From contig NIVC01000841.1 in assembly GCA_002269645.1 (NCBI GenBank), positions 310,001 through 374,000 of the forward strand: a DNA stretch of 64,000 nt. Reading direction: 5' to 3'. Positions within the stretch are counted from its first letter, which is position 1. Each line of letters begins with the position of its first letter. The notes under the pieces were generated by a model. The model was not told the origin of the DNA. It saw nothing but the letters and a program-made list of their open reading frames with translations, and ran no database searches. The translations under genes and the position numbers were made by a program. Below are positions 1 to 22,025 of the stretch, piece after piece. Source of the DNA: Macrostomum lignano. Its lineage: Eukaryota.

Positions 1-1
1 T

Positions 2-2625
2 CAACGGACGTACGCCGACGTTGTGAGACAAAGTCCCTCGGAGCGACCTAATCCTGACGCCGACAAGACGGTGCCGTGTGATCGACCTGGAGCCATTAAA
101 GCGGAGACTGCGGGAATCCGGACCCCTCAGCCATGCCGCGCTGTGCTCACTGATTTTCTGAAGCTGCCGATGACTCGCCAACAGTTCGTTGAAGCCCAGC
201 GCGCTGATCGAGCCATCAGCTACGTGCTCAACTTGGTCGAGAACGAAGCCCGAAGCCTGAGTTCGACGCCCGGTTGCGACTGAAGAAGGAGCAGCGGAAC
301 CTGCTCGGATACTACGAGAACCTGCAGGAGGACAACGGCCTGCTGCTGATTGACCTGTCCGATGGCCAGCAGCCGCCAAAGGTTGTTCTGCCTGAGGCCC
401 TTGACGCCCAGGTGCTCCAGGAGCTCCACAGTTCGCCACTGTGTGGACACCTCGGCGAGACGAAGACGTTACTGCGGCTACGAGAACGGTTCTGGAGACC
501 CGGATTAGCCCGTGCTACCAAGACCTTCATCAGTAAGTGCCGCACTTGCCTTGAAAGTAAATCGCGACGGCGAGAGAGAGTTCCGGTCCAGAGCTTCCCA
601 GTTTGCGAAGTTCTGGGTAGAATCCACTGTGATGTAGTAGGACCAATCGCGCAGAAGAGCAAGAGCGGCAACCGCTACATCCTGACCTTGTGCGATGCGA
701 CGTCGAAGTATCCATTCGCCTACCCGATGAGAAACCAGAAAGCCAAAACAGTCATCAAGCTTCTGCAGGAGCGCTTCATCCCCGAGTTCGGTGTACCATG
801 CTGGATTCACACCGATCAAGGCACCAACTTCACCGGCTCCGCCTTCAAGAAGTTCTGCGACCTGTTTGGCATTCGGCATACGACAACAACACCGTACAAT
901 CCAGCTTCCAACGGACAAGTCGAGAACCTCAACAAACAGCTGAAGAGTGTCCTCACCTGTCTGCTCGAGCGCAACCATAACGACTGGGACACCTTCCTCC
1001 CAGCTTGTCTGATGGCTCTCCGTTCCAGCGTGCACCCGGTGACAGGTTTCACGCCTCACTACCTGGTGTTCGGCCGTGACTTCCGACTTCCGATCGACAA
1101 CTCGCTAAAGAAGCTGCCCGAGTATGCCAACCTGCCCGACTATGTCAAGGACTTCCAACGTCGCCTGGACGAGGCGACTGAGCTAGCCAAGGAGCGCCTG
1201 CATCTGCATCAGCAACTGCGAGACGAGCACTACTCGAACCTGCCCGTCGCCAAGAAGCTCCAACCCGGCGATCTGGTCTTCCTCAACAACCCGGTACTCG
1301 AACCGGATGAGGCGGCGAAGTTTCATCGACCTCGCAAAGCCCTATACGAAGTCGTCGAGCCCAAGGGCGAGGTCGTCTACAAGATTCGACGGAGACTGCC
1401 CAACCCGAGAGCCAGACGAGACGAACTAATCGTCCATCGCCGGAACCTCCTACTCGTGCCTGACGCCGATTACACGAGGACTTCCGATCCTGAAGTCGAC
1501 AAACCGAAGAAGCGTCGGCGACCGCCCGACGTCCCCGACGGCGCAGGACCCGCGACCCTGACGCCGATTCCCGAGGACGACCAGGACGACCCCGACGACG
1601 ATGATGATAACGGCTACGACGCAAGGCCGGCCTTCCGATGGCACTTCCGGCCTTTGGCGATCCCGGAGGTGCAGCCAGGAGGTGGACCGGTCACGACACC
1701 AGCGAACCAGGCAAGTGCACTTCGGCGTGAGCCAGTGCCGTATGGTGAATGTCATTTGCATGAGCCTGTTCTTGATGCGTCTACGCCTGTTGTTTCTTTT
1801 CCGCCCGTTTCTGCTCCCGCCCCCAGTGCTGCTTTTTCTGTGGTCCAGACCCCTGGGCCGTCGCTATGCACCACTCCGGTGGAAGCGTCATTAGGAACTG
1901 TAGATGCCGGTAGGCCGGCTAGGAACCGTAGGCAGCCTGAGAGGCTGATTATTAATCCTAGGGCTAAAACTTACGTTAGCCGCACCGCCCGCATCCGCGC
2001 ACAAACTAAAACGAATTTCAGCGCAGAAATGCAACCGCGCCGTATTGCTAAGCGCACTGAGCGCTCGCCGCCTACTGAGGCTCGCCTCAATCGACCCCGT
2101 TACTATGTTGAACCGGGGCCTCCGATCGGCGCAGCGGCCGGCCAGCTCGAATCTGGCGAGCACCGAGAGGCTCATCGCATTCCTCCCCAGCTCCGGCTCG
2201 GCTTCCGCCAGGACGGCGGAGCTACGCCGCTGCCGGAGGAGAACCACCGCCCGTCAAGGAGGCGCAGACGTCGACGCCGACCGGGGCACAACCGGACCGC
2301 CGGTGCCGAGGGGACGCCCTCGGAGAACCCGGCCGTCGTCCGTCGTCTAGCGCCAACCTCATCAGGAGGACAGGCGGCTGCGTCAACAGCCAGCACGGAA
2401 GCTGTCGCCCAAGGAATCGCGACAATCCGACGCCAGGTCGAGGCCGACCAAGCACGCGAGGCCGCAGAAACCAGCCGGGAGCGACCCAAGCCCGCCACGA
2501 CCGACACCAAGCCCGAAGCCAAGGGGCAGCGCCGACCGCGAACTGCCGCTCCCGTCTGCATCGACCTGACGGGTTTGGACTCACCAACTCGCCGAGCCCA
2601 CGCTCAGACGACCACCGCACCCTGA
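2..2625 (+). CDS. Gypsy pol C-terminus: integrase (H2C2 zinc finger, rve core, GPY/F-like region) plus long low-complexity tail; one frameshift near 249-251
   Basis: HSSPLCGHLG...CRTC zinc finger; IHCDVVGP, HTDQGTNF and SNGQVENLNK supply D-D-E. The upstream frame (23..283, ...QFVEAQRADRAISYV...) joins the 274..2625 frame if one C is added to the CCC run at 249-251. Confidence 0.92.
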
Positions 2626-3343
2626 GACAGCGCGCGTTGTAGCTCAGCTAATCGCTGGGCAAATTGCTGGGCGCACACCGGCAGTGCCCGAGATCATAAT
2701 GAACTGCGGCAGGGCGGACTGATTGATTTTAGGAAGCAGCCTAGTGCGAAACCCTTCGGCGCCACTGACTTAGCGCCCATAGCAACTGTGCGAATTTTGC
2801 GCAATCGCGCCATTTAATTTTCTCCTTTTGTGAGCAGCATTTGCCATTTGTGCTCAAGCTGATGATAACCCTTTGAAGGCCTCTGGCCAGTCCCTTGCTT
2901 TTCTTCCCCAGGGCTCTGCAAGAACTCCCGCATCCCTTTGTATTTAGGCGCTTCTTGCTTTCTTGGGGCTGGCGCCCCCCCGTCTGCATTTGGTGTGTTC
3001 CACTAATACCGTATGGGGCAGTTTTACGGCTCTCGCCCAGCCGCGCGTTTAAGTCCGATTGCGGCCTCTATTTTTACGTCCCCATACCTGCTCAGGTATC
3101 CCCTTTCTCCCCCACGGGCCCTGCTATTATTTAAAGCACCCCGGTATTTAGGCGCTGAATTCATGCGGGCAGGCGCCCCCGCCGTGCGTTTTGGGTCGCA
3201 ATCATGGGCCTGACCCACCCTCTTCTGCTATTCTGCCAAAGTTACCACCTTTTTGCCAATCAAAATTTTATTTTCTGCAGTTTACCTTTTTAAATAAAGG
3301 CGCGCTCCGCCTTCACTCCGCCTCTTTATTTGAACGGGGAGAG

Positions 3344-4367
3344 TGTAGTGAGCCGCTAGTTTATGGCTAGGCGTCACCCTTGTCAGCCGTTCCCTCGCCC
3401 TCCCTTTGGGTTGCTGTCTGCCGCTGGTCAGCTTCCCGCCCTCCTTTCGCTTGCCTGTTGCCCCCGTGTCCTTTCCGCCCTGTTGCGTTTCCGTTCTCAG
3501 CCCTCAGTCTCTCGACTGTGGGCTGTCTCTGTTTCGCTCCCGTCCCGTTTTCCCTGTCTTGTGAGCAAGTCACATGACAGTTCTTGCGTTCTTTGAGTCT
3601 TAAAGTGCAGTAAACATGTTTACTGCACTCGTTGGCCCTGTTTACCGGGTGAGTCACGTGCTTTCGGACCCTTCCCTTCTCTAAGGAGAGGAGTGACTCA
3701 TGTTGCTAAAAATAGCAACTGAGTCACAGCCGCGTGTACTCTGGCCGGGGACCTCAAGTGACGTCAGTTCTAAAAATAGAACAAGTCACGAGGTCTTCCG
3801 CGCGCTTGTACCCTGCCCAAGACTCTCGAGTGACGTCAGTTCTAAAAATAGAACAAGTCACGAGGTCTGGAGCGTGGGAATTTCCCGGCTATAAATAGGA
3901 GCCCTCTCCCCCTTGTTTCCGTCAAGGAGTCTTCCTTCTGTTCAACCTCGAGTTCTACGTCCGCGTGTGACTAAGTCCCGAGTGTCCGAGTCTTTGCGCA
4001 CATTGATTCTGTTCCTATTGCTCCGACTGAGACCCGACCAAACCAATCCAAGTCTACGAGAGGCTAACTCAGCCCTCCCTGTACCATCCAAGCCCGGCAG
4101 GTGCTGCTGACGAGACGCCTTATACGTTGAGCTGCAAATCTGCACGTCGTGCTGTGTTCGTTGACTTCATTATTTCGTTCCGACGGGAAGCTCACCTCAC
4201 CGAAGGCCGAGACCTGAAGGAACTGGTGGCAGCACTACCTACGCTACTAAAGTTAAGAAGGCTTCTAAGTGAGAGGACGGAGCCCAAGTCACTGCGCTGT
4301 ACAGCAGGACAACCACAGGTACAACACGGACGAAACTCAGAGAGCAGTAAGGAGAGAGAGAAAGTGA

Positions 4368-4399
<32 letters not shown>

Positions 4400-4647
4400 A
4401 AGAGAGCAAAGTCAGACAGACGAAACTCGGCCTAGGGGGCAGGTCCAATCTGGCTCAGCCAATGAGAGAACCGAAGAAAAAAGGCCCAAGTCAGACACAA
4501 GCCGGCAAGAGGAAAGCCAAACTGTTTATCGGTCTGGCTTGGGGCTGGGGCGCCACTTCCTTTTTTATCTTGCTCGCTATGCACACGCTTTGGATTTGGA
4601 TTAATAAGTTTTACTGTAATCTTCAATCTAAAATTGATTCTGTTACA
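3344..4647 (+). repeat. Probable 3' LTR of the gypsy element
   Basis: Starts TGTA directly after the PPT, contains TATAAA at 3890-3895, and has a candidate TACA end at 4644-4647. End is tentative. Confidence 0.6.
3604..3895 (+). promoter_or_regulatory. LTR U3 enhancer/promoter with forkhead, AP-1, MEF2, CRE, CSL/NF-kB-like sites and TATA box
   Basis: Perfect 26-bp palindrome 3604-3629 containing GTAAACA/TGTTTAC; TGAGTCA 3650; TGACTCA 3694; CTAAAAATAG 3706, 3770, 3842; TGAGTCA 3720; TGACGTCA 3759, 3831; CGTGGGAA 3873 overlapping GGGAATTTCC 3876; TATAAA 3890. Confidence 0.7.
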
Positions 4648-4770
4648 TTTTTCAAAAAAAGATATTTGACCTTAACATTTTTATGAAGGCAAAACCGCAA
4701 ATTTTTACTGAAAAAGTAGTGGAACACTTTTTTTGCAAGCGATATATCAAGTTATTTCAGTACTTGCGGC

Positions 4771-13881
<9,111 letters not shown>

Positions 13882-16089
13882 GTCTTAACTCTGTCGGTAT
13901 AAAATAATGTTAAATAATGTTTAAAAACCGTACTATAGACAGTGATTATCGCAGTTAAACGCAGGCATACAACAAGCCTCACTATCCGATATTTAATGCG
14001 GATCGCAAATAACTTGATGAATTTGTACAAAATCCCCTGCTATCCGCTTTTTATCAAGATTGCAACAAACAGATAGCTTAAAACTAGTCTTAGAAATCCA
14101 AATCTCTAATCCCCTCCTAGCTTGTCTGTCCTCAATCTAACCCCTCGGTTATAGCTACATGCGAAAGCAAGACTTGCTCAAGAATCCGCTGCAGCAGCTC
14201 AGGATTACGCTCTATCTGTCTGCGTCAATACGCTTTCGTCCCCGCGGCATCCGTGATCCTTTTCCGTCGTGTCCGATTCCCCTGCTTGCAACGACGTGAT
14301 GCAGAAATTTCCTCGCTCCAATGGATGGCTAATCCATCTGCTTAAGTCGGGGACGCCGGGAGATTCTACTATTGAGATTCTGACTTAAGTTGCTAACGGA
14401 AAAAGACTGACGAGAAATCGTCTTGTTGGTAGCAGTTCTAGCCAGCAAGCTATATATATACAGTTGCTAACCGAAGCCATCAACCCCGATCTGACGGCTT
14501 CCTCCACAGCACAGTTTGATGAATTAATCTTCTCGCTACTCGATGCGTGCGAGAGTGGAAGAACCCGATTTCTGTCCAGGAAAATTTGCATCCGAAAACT
14601 TCTTGCTACGATCAAGCTTCGAATTCACCATCGGATTGTCCTGCTGCTAGTGCATTCAACAGCTTTATCGAACTGGGGCAGGAAGGGTAGAACTTGGTCG
14701 ACAATTATTGAGCAGTCTGCAGGATGAATCCGATCGATGCGCATCTTCAAAAGAGGAAAAGATTAGATTGACTTTTCTCCGAGAGCGGCTGCTTTTACGT
14801 CGAACTTTTTCGGAAGTTCCTCGTCGATACTTTTCGAGTAATTACCGATTATTCTGTAAGTGTTTCGAATACACAAGCACATAGATGACGCTTACAAGTT
14901 ACAATGCTTCGTTAAGGTATTCCGCCATTGGATGACTGTCAAAATATTTTGAATATTGATCGGTGGTTGTGAATAGTAGAAGTCAATTGTCATCGGGAGT
15001 AAAAATTGAAGCAACTGTCCGTAGATCCCCCACAACGGAAATTTCTTTAATTGTGTAATTCCTGATTGGACTTGTTGCAAACGTGCAGTTGGGGTTTATT
15101 TAGCAATGCTTCTAAGAGTGAGACAGTGAGTGAAAGACTAATTTCAACAAATGTAGTCCGATGCAGTAATTCCTACAATCGCATTTTCACACTCATGCAT
15201 CCAAACGGTTAAAGAATAGCTGTCTGCAAGAAAAAAACACAAAAAATGTAAATGCAATAATAAAGAAAATAGAGAAATTGCTATTCCTGCTTAAGCATGT
15301 TTGTGCGCGTGTTTGAGTTCAGCAAAGCGTGTGAAATGAGTTGGCGGCGTCTGCCTTTCCGCATTGCTGCTCCAGGACTTAGCGGCGCGGCAGCTGGTGG
15401 CCTGGTTTTAACCCCCTCTCGCCTGCCTACATGCAGCTAACCCCAGTCCGCTTTAAACCGGATGCTTTACAATGTAGCTTGAGCCGCTTAGACAGATGAG
15501 GGAATGCCATGAGAAATTTGGGATCTGTGTGAGGAGAGGATGCTGATGCGAGATGCTACAGAGAATGACGAGCAGCAGGTCCTGTCTCGACCGCATGCAG
15601 ACCTCACCCCGCTCGCATATCAGATTTGAACAGGCGCGAGAACTGAGAAAGCTGGTAGAAAGGGAGAGAGCCATAAAGTTGGTTTGGTTTTGTTTGTCTT
15701 GTTCTCAAATTCTGTTCCCTGTGTGTGCTCTGAGCCTGCATCGAGAGAGCATTATTTCAGGGCGCCTATACCTCTATTCTGCTTGTGCAACGCAATTTTA
15801 ACAGGAGATTTGGCAAATCAATCAGGATTCTTATAATAGCTTTAAAGAGGAATTAAATTACGCAAAATCATTGCAGAATGAAGATGCTTGCTGAATGTCG
15901 CTGAACAAACCTACTAGGATCGAACTGAGGCAGGGCATGAATGGGATGGGATGGAATTTCTCAATTAAAATTGGATTGTAGCATCCACCAGATTCTGATT
16001 GTTTTGGGTTCGGGTTGAATCCACCTGGATGCCTAGAGGTGTAAACAAGCGCATATGACTATCTAGCTCGTATGGGAAGAATGGGAAAA

Positions 16090-16600
16090 TGGGATGGTAC
16101 GGGAAGAATGGTATCTATGGGAAGAATATAATCTATGGGAAGAATGGGAAAAATGGGCTAAATGGTATGGATGGGAATAATGGGAAGAATGGTATCGATG
16201 GGAATAATGGGAAGAATGGTATCGATGGGAATAATGGGAAGAATGGTATCGATGGGAATAATGGGAAGCATGGTATGGATGGGAATAATGGGAAGAATGG
16301 TATGGATGGGAATAATGGGAAGAATGGTATGGATGGGAATAATGGGAAGAATGGTATGGATGGGAATAATGGGAAGAATGGTATGGATGGGAATAATGGG
16401 AAGAATGGTATGGATGGGAATAATGGGAAGAATGGTATCGATGGGAATAATGGGAAGAATGGTATCGATGGGAATAATGGGAAGAATGGTATCGATGGGA
16501 ATAATGGGAAGAATGGTGTTGATGGGAAAAATGGGAAGAATTGGATCGATGGGAAAAATGGGATCGATGGGAGGAATGGAAAAATGGGATCGATCGAAAG
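16090..16600. repeat. 27-bp minisatellite (GATGGGAATAATGGGAAGAATGGTATC/G) with a 9-bp subperiod
   Basis: Visible tandem units; open in several frames. Confidence 0.95.
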
Positions 16601-19379
16601 AATGGGAAGAATCTACATTATACACGTCACACATTGCTTTTATTAAATAATCAAACAAAGTTGAATGTAAATTGCTTAACAGGAGGTGTGTTCCAAAACC
16701 ATTTCTTTTAGCTTTCCTGATAATATCACTAATCAAGTTTATAAAAATCCGAATAGTATCACAGAATTCACGTAAAGTTATACAGGTAAATTATTAAACT
16801 TAACGGAATCAATCAACATTTACAAGTGCATAGAAACACGCATAGAGGCTAAAATTAAGCTTCCTTTTGTTAGTGCGTTTTTAGCATCCGCATATCGTAT
16901 AGCTGCTGTTCAAGCTACGAGCGTACGTTCCCGGTCGTGACCAATTTCAACTCGAGACATGCCCTCCTCGCGTGATTCGCCCCAATCAATTGGCACGACA
17001 GACTTCATCCTGACTGCACAACGCTCTGTCAATGATGCGAAACGATTTTTCCATGACCTCTACATGTACATGTACGCCTTCAATGTAAAATTCAAATTAG
17101 CACGCTTTTGGTAGGAGTAGGAGTTTCCAGATGTTCTTCGACACAGGTCTGTAATACCATCAGTTATCTTTTGTCAACACGATATGGACGGATCCTTCAG
17201 CGCTAGAGCCCCGGAGCTGGAGCAAATGCGATTAATAAAACACCAAGGCCATGAATAAGAGAAAGTGCTTGACAGCTTTTCTTAATTGCGAAAGAATGAT
17301 CGCGCACCCCAGATTGAATGAACTTCTGGGTGAGTCAAATTAGACCGCTTTCACTAAGGGACCACTTGTGTAATAAAAGCAATTTTGCACAGCAGATTAA
17401 GTGCCGACCGTACACTAAAGATGAGTGAATAAATGCTTTTCTACAATTACAGCACCATCAGGCAACGTTTTGGCACGGTCCCTATCATCTATAGTACAGT
17501 TTCCATACCGTCAAAGTCCTCCTTTGCGTGATTTATGAATGAGCAAGCGACAATAGAATTAGAGCAGTTGCAGAGGGTGGGGCTTGAATTTGGGGTGAAA
17601 AAATCTATTTAGGCCATGGCTTTGAGAAGGTACAGAGTGTGGTAAGCTTTGTTGTCCAAGTGAAGCAGATGCAGGCGGCTACAATAAGCCAGTCAGCGAG
17701 GTGGCAAAAATTGCTCTCCAAAAATTTATTGTTGCAACTCTTCTTCAGATTAAAAAGGAACGCCGCTCGCGCAGGGCAGCAGCACTTGAGTGCTTAACGC
17801 GGCATGGTGAGTTTCGCGTGCTCAAGTACAATGAACCCAGCCCTTGCTGAGGAGAGGCTTGTCTCCGCTTCGCTAGCCAAAAATTCACGCGCGCCAATTT
17901 AGGATGCGAATCCCCTTTTAGAGAGGCGGATATGGACACCCAACCCCACCCCCCCCCCCCCCTGTATCCATGTGGCTATAGGGGCCAGTTTTTCTCCCTG
18001 AACAACTTCCTATACACTGTAAGATGCGTCTCATTTAAAAATAGTTTGTGACACAAGCAATGTCGTCCCTCCTGTTGTTGGGAAAAGAAGAAATTGACCT
18101 AAAGTGTGTAACTGGGAAAGTTAATTCAGTTGAAGGAATCGCGGGGCTATATTGTCTGTAAAGTAACAAGGGATTTTCGGACAGTTCAAACAAAAAACCC
18201 GGAATTATTGATTGATTTATTTAGCTATAGCTTCATACAGAGAATTGGCCACCATTCTATTTTATACACACAAAGCTTCTCAACTAGCTCATTGACGTCT
18301 GTTTAACAATGCAATTGTTCTACATAATACTCGTACATTGTTTAGCCTATTGTGTAGTTTGCCCACTTCCTCTAGAGCTGTGGTCCGTCGGCACGCAGTT
18401 AGTTGATCGGTAAGCCACATCAGTATTAACTAGCTGGGTATACGTAGTGTTCAAAGTCAGTAAATTAACACACAACAGAATCAAGACAGGCTCAAGAAAG
18501 GGTATAGCACGCTAGCTGCGTACAGTGACTGTTCAGTCTAGAGAAAGTCTGTAAATAGGATTTTGGAGATTGAGATCGGAGATCCCTTGTCAGTGATGCA
18601 GCTCTAATTGTCTTTCCGTGTTCTAGATTTGGCACAAGGCATTCACCCCCCCCCCCGCAATGCTCCACTGACTTTTGAGCTCAACCAGCTGCAGGAATTG
18701 GGAATGAGATATTTAGCAATAGGCTATAGGTGATGACACACGCAAAAATCCTTTTCCCGATAGCTCTATGCCTTGATAGTCCCAGTTAGATCCCTTGAGT
18801 GCGACTAGGAGAGAGAGAGAGAGGCGGGAGAGAGGAACCGCTCGCCTCTTTGCCGAAGAAAAAAGATATCGCAAAAAGGTAGCTTACATAAACCATATAA
18901 AATAGGTTATTAACAGGGATTATGCGCCGGCCTCGCTCTTATCTTGCGGGTCCCAGTGGCGTTGAATAATGCATATTCATAACCATGTGCTTCGCCTTAG
19001 TCTCAAAACCATTTTGTGTGCAGTGCAGTGTGATGGAAAAAAATTAATTATAATTAAGACGACAACGCAACGAAAATGTTTTGGCTTATCTTATTCGAAA
19101 TGCGGGATATCTTCAAGCATAAACAAATATCCCTATTATCACTCAAGCCAGTGCCAGCTGCGGCTCAGCCACCACATCCTGCCTGGCTACGAAACCCCCC
19201 CCACCCCGAGAGGATTCAATAGTTTATCTTCAAGGGCTTAGTTTACGTATAATATCGCGGATTTGCGTGTAAACAAAAAATAATAACTTAATAACGAAAA
19301 TCAAGGAATTAACTTCAACAGTTGTCAGGACAGTGTCGTTATTGCTATTGGCCTTCGACTACATGTAGCCTCAGGTCAA

Positions 19380-19466
19380 GCAGCTTCCGGGCGCGGAATC
19401 GTACCCGGGACTTTGGGATGATTTGAGACTCCTAAATGCGTTAGACTGCTCCGCTACTCAAGGCTC
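19380..19466 (-). mobile_element. Degenerate tRNA-like SINE head
   Basis: Minus strand reads GAGTAGCGGAGCAGTCTAACGC ... GGGTACGATTCCG (A- and B-box-like). Confidence 0.35.
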
Positions 19467-19539
19467 AAGTAAACAGTGCATTAAGCAGGAATTCTGATTG
19501 GAGAGGCCGCAACCCTAATGGGGTGTCAGTATTATCATG

Positions 19540-19920
19540 TCTTGGTGGGCGCCCCCTGTCTCTTCATGGGCGCCCCTGTCTCTTGGTGGGCGGCCCTCTC
19601 TCTGGTGGGCGGCCCGTCTCTTGGTGGGCGGCCCTGTCTCTTGGTAGGCGCCCGTCTCTTGGTGGGCGTCCTTCTCTTTTGCTGGGCGCCCCTGTCTTTA
19701 GGTGGGCGCCCCTGTCTCTGGTGGGCCCCCTGTCTCTTGCTGGGCGCCCCTGTCTCTTGCTGGGCGCCCCTGTCTTTAGGTGGGCGCCCCTGTCTCTGGT
19801 GGGCGCCCCTGTCTCTTGGTAGGCGTCCCCTGTCTCTGGTGGGCGGCCCTGTCTCTTGGTGGGCGCCCCCGTCTCTTGGTGGGCGGCCTTCTCTCTTGGT
19901 AGGTGCCCCTGTCTCTTGGT
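19540..19920. repeat. ~20-bp GC-rich minisatellite (GGGCGCCCCTGTCTCTTGGT)
   Basis: Degenerate tandem units. Confidence 0.9.
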
Positions 19921-21083
19921 GGTTTGCGAGTTGACGAGGTATGCCACTGCCATAACATTTTACAGTTTTAAACATCTAGCCTTTAGGCTGCTATTGAACA
20001 CAATCAAATACCTAATAAATCTAGTATGCTTCAGTAGTTTATACACGAGCTCAAGCTCCAACTCATACTGACATAGTGATAAAAAAAGTAAACCCAAATA
20101 TGGCAAAGCATGCAACAGCGGAAGCAAAAAGTATACGCAAATTTAATGAGGCAAAAAATCGACCTCGCCTTAATAATAACTCACCTATACTTCCTTTGCT
20201 AGTCAAATCAGCGGGTGTATGCAACCTGAGCCGGTTGGTTGAGATGCGCCCACCGTTAATTAATTATAATTCCTGATCACGAGCTAAAAGAGTTCCGAGT
20301 TCGAGCAATCGAGTAAGATATCTAGAGATAAATTTCGGATCCAATGCTGCAGTTTTAGAGGGCCGGTGAGATTGAGCAGCTCAAATAATAAAGACACGAC
20401 ACGAGGGCGGGTCGAGACAGGGGGCGCCGTTCCATCAGGGATTTGTTCACCTCATTAGCTCCACCCCAGCTCCGCCCTCCACAGCCACTGGCCTAGAGAG
20501 GAGAGTAGGAATGCTAGAACTGCAGGAGCGCAGCAGCCTCCCTAGCCAATCCAATTAGCTCACTGATGTGGCATGGAGGCCTACCAGCCCAGCAGCCTCA
20601 GAACATCACACACCCTAAACCTACTAAACCAAACGAACCACCACAGAGCCCCTGCAGCCATTTCTCCAATTGCTCGTCTAGCCGCAGCCTAACGATAGAA
20701 TTTTTTTGTGCCGCGATCAAGCGGTAGCTAAGCTCAAATTTGTCCAGAGTATACATATAAGAAATACACTGAAGATCAGAGAAAAAATATGAGCAAGACA
20801 GACAAGACCAGCAGCGAGTGAGAGAGCGAGTCAATCAAATCACAGAATTTCTCGCTCCCCATATGCAGCGAGCAGTGTTAGCTAATCAGGCACCAATTTT
20901 GATGAGGAATATATCTAGATCTGATTTGGGCCACTTAGAGTTTTACAACCCGCTGTGCTACATCGATATCCAGACTGCACTCAGCCTGTATAAAGCGCTA
21001 AATGAACTCGAGAAATCAATACAAAAATGTGCATTCCTGGATATATAGTTCGTTGTTTGACTGGTGCTGAATTAAAACCCTAT

Positions 21084-21735
21084 AGTTAGTCTAGACAGCT
21101 CTGAGATCTCACCCTAGTCTAGACAGCTCCGAGATCTCACCCTAGTCTAGACAGCTCCGAGAGCACCCTAGTCTAGACAGCTCTGATATCTCACCCTAGT
21201 CTAGACAGCTCCGAGATCTCACCCTAGTCTAGACAGCTCCGAGATCTCACCCTAGAATAGACAGCTCCGAGATCTCACCCTAGTCTAGACAGCTCTGAGA
21301 TCTCACCCTAGTCTAGACAGCTCTGAGATCTCACCCTAGTCTAGACAGCTCCGAGACCTCACTCTAGTCTAGACAGCTCCGAGATCTCACCCTAGTCTAG
21401 ACAGCTCCGAGATCTCACCCTAGTCTAGACAGCTCCGAGATCTCACCCTAGAATAGACAGCTCCGAGATCTCACCCTAGAATAGACAGCTCCGAGATCTC
21501 ACCCTAGAATAGACAGCTCCGAGATCTCACCCTAGAATAGACAGCTCCGAGATCTCACCCTAGAATAGACAGCTCCGAGATCTCACCCTAGAATAGACAG
21601 CTCTGAGATCTCACCCTAGAATAGACAGCTCCGATATCTCACCATAGAACTATGGCATTCTATGGCATATGGCATAGAATAGACAGCTCTGAGATCTCAT
21701 TCTAGACTAGACAGCTCTGAGATCTCACTAAGTCT
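21084..21735. repeat. 28-bp minisatellite (CTAGTCTAGACAGCTCCGAGATCTCACC)
   Basis: ~20 tandem units; the CTAGAATAG variant dominates the distal part. Confidence 0.95.
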
Positions 21736-22025
21736 AGACAAATAAACTCCAAGATCCTACGCCCGTCTAGACAAATTTAACAACAATAAATGTTTAATTT
21801 TTTGTTGAAAAAAGAGAAGAGCACAAGGCATTCTAGTTGTTTTTTTGTCCACTCACTTGCCATTAAACTGATCAACACAAACAGCACTGTTCTGCCGACA
21901 AACTATATCATCGTTTATTTTCTGTCTTACTAACTTAGTAAAGATTCCAGTTGATAACTCAAAGCAAACACGGTCTAATGAAGCTACTAATAGTAGCATA
22001 TAGATATCATCTCAGCCGAATTGCA

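Larger units (their letters stand above)
1..4647 (+). mobile_element. Ty3/gypsy LTR retrotransposon, 3' portion (pol integrase, 3' UTR, PPT, 3' LTR); 5' part lies outside the window
   Basis: Integrase ORF, followed by purine tract AACGGGGAGAG (3333-3343) immediately before TGTAG (3344), a TATA-containing LTR-like segment, and a candidate end TGTTACA (4641-4647). The right LTR boundary is uncertain because no 5' LTR or TSD is available for comparison. Confidence 0.88.

Noticed and set aside
4224-4233. TGGTGGCAGC, resembling a tRNA-Leu primer-binding site
   Set aside because: Only 10 nt match, not preceded by a CA LTR end, and no gag follows; cannot support a tandem element.
16089-16646. Collagen-like Gly-X-Y ORF (GIDGNNGKN)n
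   Set aside because: A 27-bp minisatellite with a GG-starting 9-bp subperiod gives Gly every third codon automatically; open in several frames, with no signal peptide, no Pro and no supporting exons.
20818-21048. 76-aa ORF with protein-like composition
   Set aside because: No recognisable motif, no splice partners and no ATG start; cannot be supported.
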